Part shown: positions 37,604-45,613 of the stretch, in pieces
How positions within the stretch are numbered: position 1 is the first letter of the stretch
How the letters are laid out: the number at the start of each line of letters is the position of its first letter
From: Marinosulfonomonas sp.
GTDB lineage: Bacteria > Pseudomonadota > Alphaproteobacteria > Rhodobacterales > Rhodobacteraceae
NCBI GenBank assembly: GCA_030625325.1
Contig: DAOURA010000001.1
Coordinates: 1,579 to 65,578, forward strand
Direction: 5' to 3'
Length of the DNA: 64,000 nt
Position numbers and translations under genes: made by a program
Notes under the pieces: model-generated
What the model was told of the DNA's origin: nothing
Seen by the model: only the letters and a program-made list of their open reading frames with translations
Databases searched by the model: none

Positions 37604-39102
37604 TGTGCTTTTGCTGCCTGTGTTTGATCACGCCCGGCGTCCGGGGCTGTTGTGCGCGCCTCACCAACATATTCCAGAGGGTCCATGTTTTGGGGGCTTC
37701 CATCCGCAAACTGAATGGCAACCGACCAATTCGGGTGGGTTATCTGACCATCAATAATGGCCCCTTTCTGAACATGGGTGTTGGGCATGACCATGCTGTT
37801 ACGCACAATACTGCGCCCACTTATGATGGCCCCGCGCCCAATAACTGCGGGGCCTTCTATTTTTGCCCCTGCTGAAATCTTTGCGCCGGGGCCAATATAG
37901 CATGGGCCAGATATTTTGGCCCGCCGTGATATAATGGCGTCCTTGTCCACCCATTGCAGCGGGTTTCGCAAAACCCCCTCGGGGGTGGCATTGGGAACAT
38001 GGCCGCCCAAAACCGACACGGCAGCCGCAAAATAGTCTTTTGCGCATCCTATATCTGTCCAGGAAAAGCCCTGGCTATAGGCATGCATTGCACCGCCGGC
38101 ATCCATAATGCGCGGCAACAGGTCGGCGCCAATATCCTGATCATGCATTTCCTGCATCAGTGACAAAACACGCGGGTTAAAAATATAAATCCCGGTATTT
38201 GCCAGTGTAGAATCTATGGTTCCACGGGCAGGCTTTTCTTTGAACCTAAGAATACGGCCATTCACATCAACATCTATCATCCCGTATTTATGGGTTTTAT
38301 CGGAAGGAACGCTAAGTGTGGCGATGGTTACATCTGCATCGGTTCTTTGATGCTGGGCCAGCATATCGGCCAGATCTATGTCGATAAGCGCATCACCACA
38401 AACGACCAGAAAGTCGGAATTAAACGCGTTGTGATCTGCTTGCAGCTTCCTGATGGTAGAGGCGGAGCCAAGCGGGCCTGGCTTCCATATTCCATTCCAG
38501 TAATTCCCTTCGTTCAGATAAAAAACAGACTGAAACGGTCTGGAATTTTTTGCAAAATAACTATGAATTTGCGGCCCAAGATGGCCGGGATTCAGAAAAA
38601 CTTCCCTTATGCCAAAGCTTTCAAGGTGGTCCAGTATGCGCGCAAGCACGGGTTTTCCCAGCATGTCCAGCATTGGTTTTGGCACTTCATCACTCAAAGG
38701 TGCCAGCCGCGCGCCCCTACCTGCACACAGCACCAGCACCCGCAGGTCCGCCAACTGGCAGGCACGAAACTGTGGTGCTTTCAGGACATGCTGCACATCA
38801 TCAAAGTGCTGGATGGAATGTTCAAGATTTCCGGCCACCAGACGCCGGATGATGCTGTTTGAAAGGCTGCACAGGGCCGCAGGTATCGCATGGGGGCGGG
38901 ACACCATTTCAACCAGAGAGGTTATGCCACTTATACTTACCCGTGAAACTTTTGCGCAATCCAGAATGACAAGGCGCTTTCCCTGTTGCTGCAGGCGAAA
39001 TATGATCCGCTCCAGTGCCGCCAGGGAATCTGTATGCACCAATGGGCCAAAAACCTTAATCACGGCCACGCAATCACCGCGGGCTTCAATTTCAAACACC
39101 AT
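37600..39102 (-). CDS. STAS domain fused to a sugar-1-phosphate nucleotidyltransferase with a left-handed beta-helix C-terminus
   Basis: Residues 1-110 or so look like an anti-sigma antagonist (VAVIKVFGPLVHTDSLAALERII...LVILDCAKVSRVSISGITSLVEMV). Next comes LCAGRGARLAPLSDEVPKPML, the GxGxRxxPL..PK NTP-transferase signature. The C-terminus has hexapeptide repeats (GPGAKISAGAKIEGPAVIGRGAIISG). Confidence 0.8.
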   Translation of the reverse strand: MVFEIEARGDCVAVIKVFGPLVHTDSLAALERIIFRLQQQGKRLVILDCAKVSRVSISGITSLVEMVSRPHAIPAALCSLSNSIIRRLVAGNLEHSIQHFDDVQHVLKAPQFRACQLADLRVLVLCAGRGARLAPLSDEVPKPMLDMLGKPVLARILDHLESFGIREVFLNPGHLGPQIHSYFAKNSRPFQSVFYLNEGNYWNGIWKPGPLGSASTIRKLQADHNAFNSDFLVVCGDALIDIDLADMLAQHQRTDADVTIATLSVPSDKTHKYGMIDVDVNGRILRFKEKPARGTIDSTLANTGIYIFNPRVLSLMQEMHDQDIGADLLPRIMDAGGAMHAYSQGFSWTDIGCAKDYFAAAVSVLGGHVPNATPEGVLRNPLQWVDKDAIISRRAKISGPCYIGPGAKISAGAKIEGPAVIGRGAIISGRSIVRNSMVMPNTHVQKGAIIDGQITHPNWSVAIQFADGSPQNMDPLEYVGEARTTAPDAGRDQTQAAKAQ

Positions 39103-40236
39103 TTATGCTTTCTCCGGCTTGGCAGGGATGGCCCTGCTGTAGCCTGGCAATGGCCCAAGGCCGATCGTCCATGCAAACAGGGATGAACGGCGCAGTACAA
39201 CGACCAGAACACCGGTTGCCGGCAGCACCACGCCAATTTTCACCAACACCTGCAGCGTCGGTGAAAGGCCGCGGCCATGAATACCGATTTCAGCAAGATC
39301 AAGAAAAATGGGGTGGCACAGGTAAATGCCAAATGAATAGGGCGCTATACGGGACAAAACCAACGGCCAGTTGCGGTGCGCCAGTGACATGGCCCCCAGA
39401 AACAACAGCACCGGCATCAAAAAATCGGCCCAGTACCCAGGTAAATAGTCAAACGGCCACACGCCCGTTTCAATGGTCCTTTGGGTGGCAATCAGCTTTA
39501 ATAAAAACAGTACAAGCCCTGCAAACAACACCGGGGGGAACCAGCCCCCCATACCTTTGCCCCCTGCCCGCTTCCACAGCCCAAGTGCGGCCCCCGCGAC
39601 AAGGCCATACCCAATATATGTGATGATTTTGGTGATTCTTACCAGATAGGGCAGCGCCTCAGTCCCCCAGTGATTCTGGTAAATATAACCATCAACCTGT
39701 TGGCGGAGCATAAGACATATAAAAACCCCCAGCCCCAGCAAAGGATAGCGAATTGCCAGACGGTATATTGGATAAAACAGCACCAGACCAAATAAGGTCG
39801 GAATAAAATGCATGTGGTACTTAACACTGCCTAAAATAGCGTAACCAACCCACTTTTCCGGGTTCAGAAGGTCATTCACAACCGAATCGTAATAGCCAAA
39901 TGCGTTGGCCTTTATCAATCCGTAAAAGGCGTAAAACAGTGTCCAGAATGCAAAGGGAACCAGTAAACGGCGCGATTGCTCGGCCAGTGTCTGGCGATAG
40001 GTTCGTGGTGTTTTTTCATGGGCCAGAAGCAAAAGGAAAAGCGCGATTATCAGAAAAAGCTCTGTGCGGGCGGTATAAACAACGGCCCGCAACAGCATTG
40101 GCCCCACTCTCTCGGATTGACTATAGGCAACCCACGGCTGGCCGGTGGGGTCGGCGGTGGCATGCAGGACAACTATCGATATGCCGGCTGTAATTCGCAC
40201 CGCATCAATCCAGATTTGCCGATCATCTTTTTGCAT
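39103..40236 (-). CDS. acyltransferase family 3 integral membrane protein (O-acyl/succinyl transferase type)
   Basis: IWIDAVRITAGISIVVLH is the N-terminal motif. The protein has about 10 TM helices and is 377 aa. It is the first gene of the minus-strand operon. Confidence 0.78.
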   Translation of the reverse strand: MQKDDRQIWIDAVRITAGISIVVLHATADPTGQPWVAYSQSERVGPMLLRAVVYTARTELFLIIALFLLLLAHEKTPRTYRQTLAEQSRRLLVPFAFWTLFYAFYGLIKANAFGYYDSVVNDLLNPEKWVGYAILGSVKYHMHFIPTLFGLVLFYPIYRLAIRYPLLGLGVFICLMLRQQVDGYIYQNHWGTEALPYLVRITKIITYIGYGLVAGAALGLWKRAGGKGMGGWFPPVLFAGLVLFLLKLIATQRTIETGVWPFDYLPGYWADFLMPVLLFLGAMSLAHRNWPLVLSRIAPYSFGIYLCHPIFLDLAEIGIHGRGLSPTLQVLVKIGVVLPATGVLVVVLRRSSLFAWTIGLGPLPGYSRAIPAKPEKA

Positions 40237-40304
40237 TGGTACCCTCCTGGTTGCCCACCTGACTTGGAGAGAATTAGAAAAAATTTAGTGAACGTTCTGC
40301 GATT

Positions 40305-40324
40305 TATACAATTTTTTTTGTATA
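40305..40324. promoter_or_regulatory. palindrome in the divergent control region of the glycan island
   Basis: TATACAA-TTTTTT-TTGTATA has perfect 7-bp arms. It sits in a 183-bp A+T-rich spacer between the two divergent operons. Confidence 0.35.
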
Positions 40325-40419
40325 ATCCGGATCAGGCCGGTACGGATCGGAACTCTTGGTGGAATATTAACTATTACTCACGAAAACCCCTGCTAACGCA
40401 TGACTACAGTGGATATTTC

Positions 40420-42108
40420 ATGAGCAACCCAGAAAACAAACCCGATCGCTTAAACCTTGGCCGTGGTATCATTATTTTTTTGGTATCCATATCAATTTTA
40501 ATTGGGGCCACCTGGTCTGTTGCTTCGTTCGCCCGCATCCTGTTTTTGAGCCACGAAGAAATAAACCCGATAATTGCCGGTGGGGACCTGGACGATTTAC
40601 CTGCATTGATGCGGGGTAATATTTCGACCGTCACAACCAGCATGGTTCGGGGCGAACCGGTGCGGGTTAAACCGCCGCGCATGTGTGAAATGTCGCCCAC
40701 CTATTTTGACAATTTGGACAAGGGCCTGAAACAGCCGGTCGGGTACACCCGCCGAAATGAATATGTCAGCCCCTATCGTGCCCGCCGTGGTTTCCTGAAC
40801 GAACGTGAAATGCAAGCCGCGCGTGTGGCCTGGTTGTATTTTGAAACCTACACTCAGGAAGAAACCGGGCTGGCCAATGCGGTGGGCAATTACCCATCAA
40901 CCACAATGTGGGATACGGCCTCTTATATTGCGGCAACCGTTGCGGCATATGAACTGTGCATTATTGAAAAACCGGAACTTGACCAGCGCCTGTTTCAACT
41001 ACTGGCCACCATGAAAACACTTGATCTGTTTCGCAAGGAACTACCTAATAAAGTGTACCATACCCGCACAGCAGCCAAGGTGGACTATGCGAATAAACCG
41101 GGGGAAATTGGCTTCTCCGGGCTGGACCTTGGTCGTATGCTTATCTGGCTTCGCATCATCAAAAACCGCTATCCTTACCTTGGTAATTCAGTCGATGCCA
41201 TTTTGCTTAAATGGGATTTCAGAAATGTCATCGGGGAACAGGGGCTGATTTATGGCGCGCGCATCAACAGCGAAACAAATGAAACCATCTATGATCAGGA
41301 AGGGCGCCTTGGGTATGAAGAATATGCCGCCAAAGGCTATGCGCTTTGGGGCTTCAAGCCAATACTTGCCCACCGGGCCGAGCCATTTCTGACGGCTTCG
41401 ATCTACGGTATTCAGGTCCCCTATGACGGCCGTGATCCGCGGATTTTTCATTCTCAGAACTACGTTGTAACCGAATCCTACCTGCAGGACGGGTTGGAGC
41501 TTGGCTTTGACATGGTCCACGATGACAGCAGCCCCGACTGGCTGCGATCGGATGGGTGGCGCGGCGAATTTGCCGACCGGATTTATAACGTGCAGGAAAA
41601 TCGCTGGCGCCAGACCGGGTTCATGACTGCGCGCTCGGAACATAACGTAAAGGGTGCGCCCTATTTCACATATGATACAATTTTTTCTGATGGTTACCCC
41701 TGGAACACGGTAACCCCACGGGGGGATTATGTACCGGATCATGCCGCTATTTCATCCAAAGCAGCGCTTGGGATGTGGGCGCTTTGGGATACCGACTATA
41801 CCAACATTCTTTATGAAGCGATTATTGAGCTCTACAACCCGGAAAAAGGTATGTTTGAAGGGCTGTATGAACGCGGTCAGGGCCGGGTGGAAATTTTCAC
41901 CGCAAATAACAACGGGATCATTCTAACGGCCCTGTTGCATAAAGTTCAGGGAAAAATACTGACCCCATACACCGGTGATGCAGAGGTCTGGTATACCGCA
42001 TTTCGCGATCAAAACATCCGGGAACGCCGTCACTATCCTGATCCCCCGCAAGAAGATGACTGGCTTCCCGCCTTGCGCCATTCCATCCAGAACAAGGAAG
42101 ACTTTTAA
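40420..42108 (+). CDS. membrane-anchored periplasmic protein, DUF3131-like (paralogue B, longer)
   Basis: The start was moved to the ATG at 40420 (MSNPENKPDRLNLGRGIIIFLVSISILIGATW, a TM anchor); the tracked ORF from 39976 runs antisense through the acyltransferase gene. The shared blocks are ETGLANAV, LPNKVY, QEGRLGYEEY, LQDGLELGFD, YFTYDTIFSDG and NNNGIILTA. Confidence 0.72.
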   Translation: MSNPENKPDRLNLGRGIIIFLVSISILIGATWSVASFARILFLSHEEINPIIAGGDLDDLPALMRGNISTVTTSMVRGEPVRVKPPRMCEMSPTYFDNLDKGLKQPVGYTRRNEYVSPYRARRGFLNEREMQAARVAWLYFETYTQEETGLANAVGNYPSTTMWDTASYIAATVAAYELCIIEKPELDQRLFQLLATMKTLDLFRKELPNKVYHTRTAAKVDYANKPGEIGFSGLDLGRMLIWLRIIKNRYPYLGNSVDAILLKWDFRNVIGEQGLIYGARINSETNETIYDQEGRLGYEEYAAKGYALWGFKPILAHRAEPFLTASIYGIQVPYDGRDPRIFHSQNYVVTESYLQDGLELGFDMVHDDSSPDWLRSDGWRGEFADRIYNVQENRWRQTGFMTARSEHNVKGAPYFTYDTIFSDGYPWNTVTPRGDYVPDHAAISSKAALGMWALWDTDYTNILYEAIIELYNPEKGMFEGLYERGQGRVEIFTANNNGIILTALLHKVQGKILTPYTGDAEVWYTAFRDQNIRERRHYPDPPQEDDWLPALRHSIQNKEDF

Positions 42109-43262
42109 TGAATAAATCTGTTTTTAAATGTACAATCTCGCTGATATTTTTCTGTGGGCCGGCATTGGCCCAGGACGAAGTCGCCGAATTTTCCCCCGGA
42201 AATGCGATTCTGGACACAACAATTCCCTTTGCCGCCGATGCCCGGGAAGCCGAACAGGCACTACGTGGCGCCTATGGCTGGGCAACATTTCAGGAGGGGG
42301 TGATCGAGGGCATATATTTTCGCTTTGACCCGGACGGATACGCCAGGTTTTCAACAACCCCACGCCTGGATACCGATGTATTCGAAGTGATCTGCACCCC
42401 TAAAACTACGTCCTGTCTGGGGCAAAAGGGGGCTCTAAGCATCCAACTGAATGACCAGGGGGGCCTTCAGTTAACACTTGCGAATATTTCATCCGGCGAT
42501 AATTTTTTTATCGTAGACGACCTTACAGAGCTGTCATTGCCTAACATAATATTACAACCCTTGGATAACCGCCTGGAAGGCTTATTTGCCTCAGGGGGGG
42601 AGCTTCTTGTTCGCCACGGCGCAACAGAAACCCTGCGTATCCCGCTAAGTGGGTTTTCAACTGTCTCCACCTATCTAAGGTGGGTCGCGTCGGGGCAGGA
42701 CGATGCCAGTTTCCCATATGGCTGGCCTGTTTCGGTTTCCAAAACCGTCGCAACAACTGGGGACTTGCCAACCCAGACAAGCAACCAGCAACCCCCGGCG
42801 CGTATAGAACAGGCCATCGCACCGGAAGCTACGGTTTTGAGCGAAACACTTACCAACACGCAGCGTATTGCAGAACTGGAAAACCAAATTGCGGCCCTTT
42901 TGGCCAACAAAACTGAAATATCCAGCCCCCCCCCGGCAGATGCGGAAGCCGTGGATGAAACCAGCAAAGCCACCCCAGACATCAAGGAATTACCCGCCAA
43001 ACCCAGTGAAGCTGAAATCCTGTCAACGCGGTTAAATTACCTGATGACCGAAATAGGTTTGGATTCAGCAAGCGCGCTAACGTTACTTCAGCGGACAAAG
43101 CCACCACAGGCCCCACCCGTCTGCCCGGAAGTTATAGGCGGAAATGTTGCAGACACTGCAACCGAGCCTATGGAGCACCTTCTGCAAAAATTCAGTCGGA
43201 CGGCGCACTCGGGGATAAAAACAATTCTCACGTACTTTCCACGCAAGATTACCCAGCCTTAA
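42108..43262 (+). CDS. secreted hypothetical protein (signal peptide, Pro/Ala-rich linker, coiled-coil-like segment)
   Basis: MNKSVFKCTISLIFFCGPALAQDE is a Sec signal peptide. The ATG overlaps the upstream stop (TAATG). No family was recognised. Confidence 0.6.
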   Translation: MNKSVFKCTISLIFFCGPALAQDEVAEFSPGNAILDTTIPFAADAREAEQALRGAYGWATFQEGVIEGIYFRFDPDGYARFSTTPRLDTDVFEVICTPKTTSCLGQKGALSIQLNDQGGLQLTLANISSGDNFFIVDDLTELSLPNIILQPLDNRLEGLFASGGELLVRHGATETLRIPLSGFSTVSTYLRWVASGQDDASFPYGWPVSVSKTVATTGDLPTQTSNQQPPARIEQAIAPEATVLSETLTNTQRIAELENQIAALLANKTEISSPPPADAEAVDETSKATPDIKELPAKPSEAEILSTRLNYLMTEIGLDSASALTLLQRTKPPQAPPVCPEVIGGNVADTATEPMEHLLQKFSRTAHSGIKTILTYFPRKITQP

Positions 43263-43528
43263 CAAGCTACTTTAAGTCAATATTTACATAAAAATATGCC
43301 GGTGGCCCCAATAACCAAGCGTGTCTCGGTTTAATGCGATTCCCAACGGGCTCGTATAATTCTAAGTGGCCCTGCAAAATTGAACGGTTTGTTAAAATGC
43401 ATCTAAACGAGATGAAGAAGTGCCAAAATGAGGGAACGGCAGAAATTTTCGAATCATGCCGATATCTACTGTTTTTTAACACTATTTTTTTATTGTGAGG
43501 GTGTTTTTACCATATTTGGCGGCAATAC

Positions 43529-45508
43529 ATGTCTAGCTCTGTTCAAAAAATTCCCGGTCATGACAAGACGGCAACCACCAGCATACGCATGGAAACGCCG
43601 TCGGCTGATCCTGTGCATATAATGGATCGAAAAGCACCTGCATGGGCCCTTATCCTCGGCAGTATTTTTTCAGTAGGGGTTTTCTTTTGCCTGGCAAGTG
43701 TCGCCATATTCGCCATCTTTTTTCAAACACTGGTGGTCGGGCGCGGCGAAGACATATTAGCACCTCTGTTGATGATGGTCGCCGTAGTTCCGATGCTAGG
43801 CATTGTTGTTCTGGAATATGCGCACAACAAAATCCTAAGCGGATATCGTCACATTCGCGAACTCAACGCGCGGCGCGCCAGGGCCGCTGCCGGGGTTTTC
43901 GTGTTCGCCACACTGGTATTTTTACACCCACTTGCGGGCGTTGGCATATTGGCGGGAAGCATCGGCGGGCTATTGTTTTTATGGATATTAAGCAGGCTGA
44001 AACGCCGTGAACCCATGTGGGATTTTATCGCACAGGAAGCTGTCCCGATTTTGTCTGGCCGGGATTTTCACGGGTTGGAAATCGCCACACAACCGGCGCC
44101 CGAACATCCACTGGCCGGGGCTGTGCAAATGGCGATGATGGGCATCAGTGTGCTAAGCGCGCTTTCAACCTCCACATGGCTGGTTTCAAATGAGGTACTC
44201 GCCCCGGCCGCAGTTCTGGCGGTTTCCTTGCTGAGCTTATGGTCCACAGACGCGATCCTTGGATACATACGCCAGTTTTTGAAAACACCGCCACTACTTG
44301 ATCGGGCAACATCCCATGTGAACGCTGTGCCCGGATCAATTGAAGACGATGACTTCGCAGGTCTACTGATCAAGAACCTCAGCGTATTTAGCGATGACGG
44401 AAAAATATTAATCTCGGATTTAAACCTTAAAGCGGCCCCCGGCTCCATTACTGGTATTATGGGGGACAGCGGTGCTGGCAAAAGTCTGCTACTGCGGTCA
44501 ATCATTGACCCCTTTTCACTTTCCGGGCTGGAAATTCACGGGAACGTGCGGGTAAATTGCCATGACCTGTGGCACCGGGACGGGCAGCCCCACAGCCTGC
44601 CGGCCACTTATTTGTCCGACAACCCAATAATCTTACCCACCTCAGGCCATCAAAACCTGTCCTGTTTTCACGGTAATCAGGTTCTTGAACGGGGCCGGCG
44701 AATTTTAGAAAAGATGGTTTTTTCATCTGAACTTGCCGAAAAAATTTGCGCCCATAAAAACGCAGAAACCCTGCCCGGAATGCAGAAGAAAATGTTGGCC
44801 GCATCCCGTGCCTTTCTATTAAGCCCGGACCTGTACCTGATCGACGGGCCAGAAGACGGATTACCTGAAAAACAGATATCCATGCTGCTGGCGCAACTGA
44901 AACAAGAAACCAAACTGGGGCGAACTGTACTTCTGGTCACGCAAAACCGGGCCTTAGCCGAAGCCTGCGACACACTGATTATCATGCAGGAAGGCCGGAT
45001 CATAGATGAAGGAACCTCTGCTGAGGTACGAACACGGCAAGCAGCAGGTTGGGCCCGCTTTGTTGGTGAACGAAATCTGAATATAGACGAAAACCTGGAA
45101 ACCTGGGTCAGGTCCCATTTTAAACGTCCAGGCGACGAGATGAACCGCCGAAAGGTCTGCCATATTGCCTCAGAAATGCTTGCACATTCCTGCCAGAGCC
45201 GGAATGCGCTGGTGCAGCAATCCGTTACTTTTGAATTCAAGCACTATGAAGGGTACTGTGAAATCAGCATTCAGGATTCAGACCCGCCGATCAGCGCAGC
45301 GCAGCTGGATAAGGCCCGCCAGTCAATTGAAGATCCAGATGGCGACAGCCGCCTGACACCACTGGCCTTGATCATTGGAAGCAGCCTGTCTGTTGATGCC
45401 AGTTCAGAGCTGGATCAACGCAAAATCCTGGTGAAGGTTGCAACGATTGACCCGCGCAAAAAAGCCCGGGCAAGTCAGGGCAAAGGCACCAACATCAAAA
45501 ACGGCTAA
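43529..45508 (+). CDS. fusion protein: about 6 TM helices, a degenerate ABC-type ATPase domain, and an RsbW/SpoIIAB-like C-terminal domain
   Basis: Walker A is GDSGAGKS and the signature-like motif is LPGMQKKM. Walker B is LYLIDGPEDG (Gly where the catalytic Glu is expected) and the H-loop is LLVTQN (Gln where His is expected). The last ~130 aa follow the anti-sigma kinase pattern (VCHIASEMLAHS...CEISIQDSDPPIS), but the N-box Asn and the G-boxes are not evident. Confidence 0.68.
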   Translation: MSSSVQKIPGHDKTATTSIRMETPSADPVHIMDRKAPAWALILGSIFSVGVFFCLASVAIFAIFFQTLVVGRGEDILAPLLMMVAVVPMLGIVVLEYAHNKILSGYRHIRELNARRARAAAGVFVFATLVFLHPLAGVGILAGSIGGLLFLWILSRLKRREPMWDFIAQEAVPILSGRDFHGLEIATQPAPEHPLAGAVQMAMMGISVLSALSTSTWLVSNEVLAPAAVLAVSLLSLWSTDAILGYIRQFLKTPPLLDRATSHVNAVPGSIEDDDFAGLLIKNLSVFSDDGKILISDLNLKAAPGSITGIMGDSGAGKSLLLRSIIDPFSLSGLEIHGNVRVNCHDLWHRDGQPHSLPATYLSDNPIILPTSGHQNLSCFHGNQVLERGRRILEKMVFSSELAEKICAHKNAETLPGMQKKMLAASRAFLLSPDLYLIDGPEDGLPEKQISMLLAQLKQETKLGRTVLLVTQNRALAEACDTLIIMQEGRIIDEGTSAEVRTRQAAGWARFVGERNLNIDENLETWVRSHFKRPGDEMNRRKVCHIASEMLAHSCQSRNALVQQSVTFEFKHYEGYCEISIQDSDPPISAAQLDKARQSIEDPDGDSRLTPLALIIGSSLSVDASSELDQRKILVKVATIDPRKKARASQGKGTNIKNG

Positions 45509-45613
45509 GAATACGCCCGACAGCGGCATTCTTTCTGATGAAAATAAGTGTTCCGACTTGTGTGGCATAGCCCGGGCGGGCTAGGCTTGGGCCGTGCATT
45601 TATTCAGGATAAT

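Noticed and set aside
39976-40419. N-terminal extensions of tracked ORFs: 39976-40419 on the DUF3131-like B gene, 3438-3638 on rluD, 8720-8854 on ribE, 6809-6856 on ribH, 45548-45613 on glpX and 54607-54711 on rplY.
   Set aside because: The extensions run antisense through neighbouring genes or intergenic DNA. They lack homology-like sequence and are followed by an internal ATG with a Shine-Dalgarno and a family-typical N-terminus. I trimmed the starts accordingly.
43267-43482. A 71-aa minus-strand ORF, and a 64-aa plus-strand ORF (43428-43622), in the A+T-rich spacer before the ABC-like fusion gene.
   Set aside because: There is no ribosome-binding site and no recognisable motif. The ORFs lie in the probable promoter/leader region, and their composition-driven codon usage is unlike the neighbouring genes.
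34422-45613. Direct repeats (att-like), an integrase or a tRNA gene at the borders of the glycan island that would explain its insertion.
   Set aside because: By eye I found no shared direct repeat of 10 nt or more between 34422-34524 and 45509-45613. No recombinase or tRNA is adjacent, and only the dispersed repeat copy marks the left edge. The insertion mechanism therefore remains unknown; a computed repeat search should confirm this.
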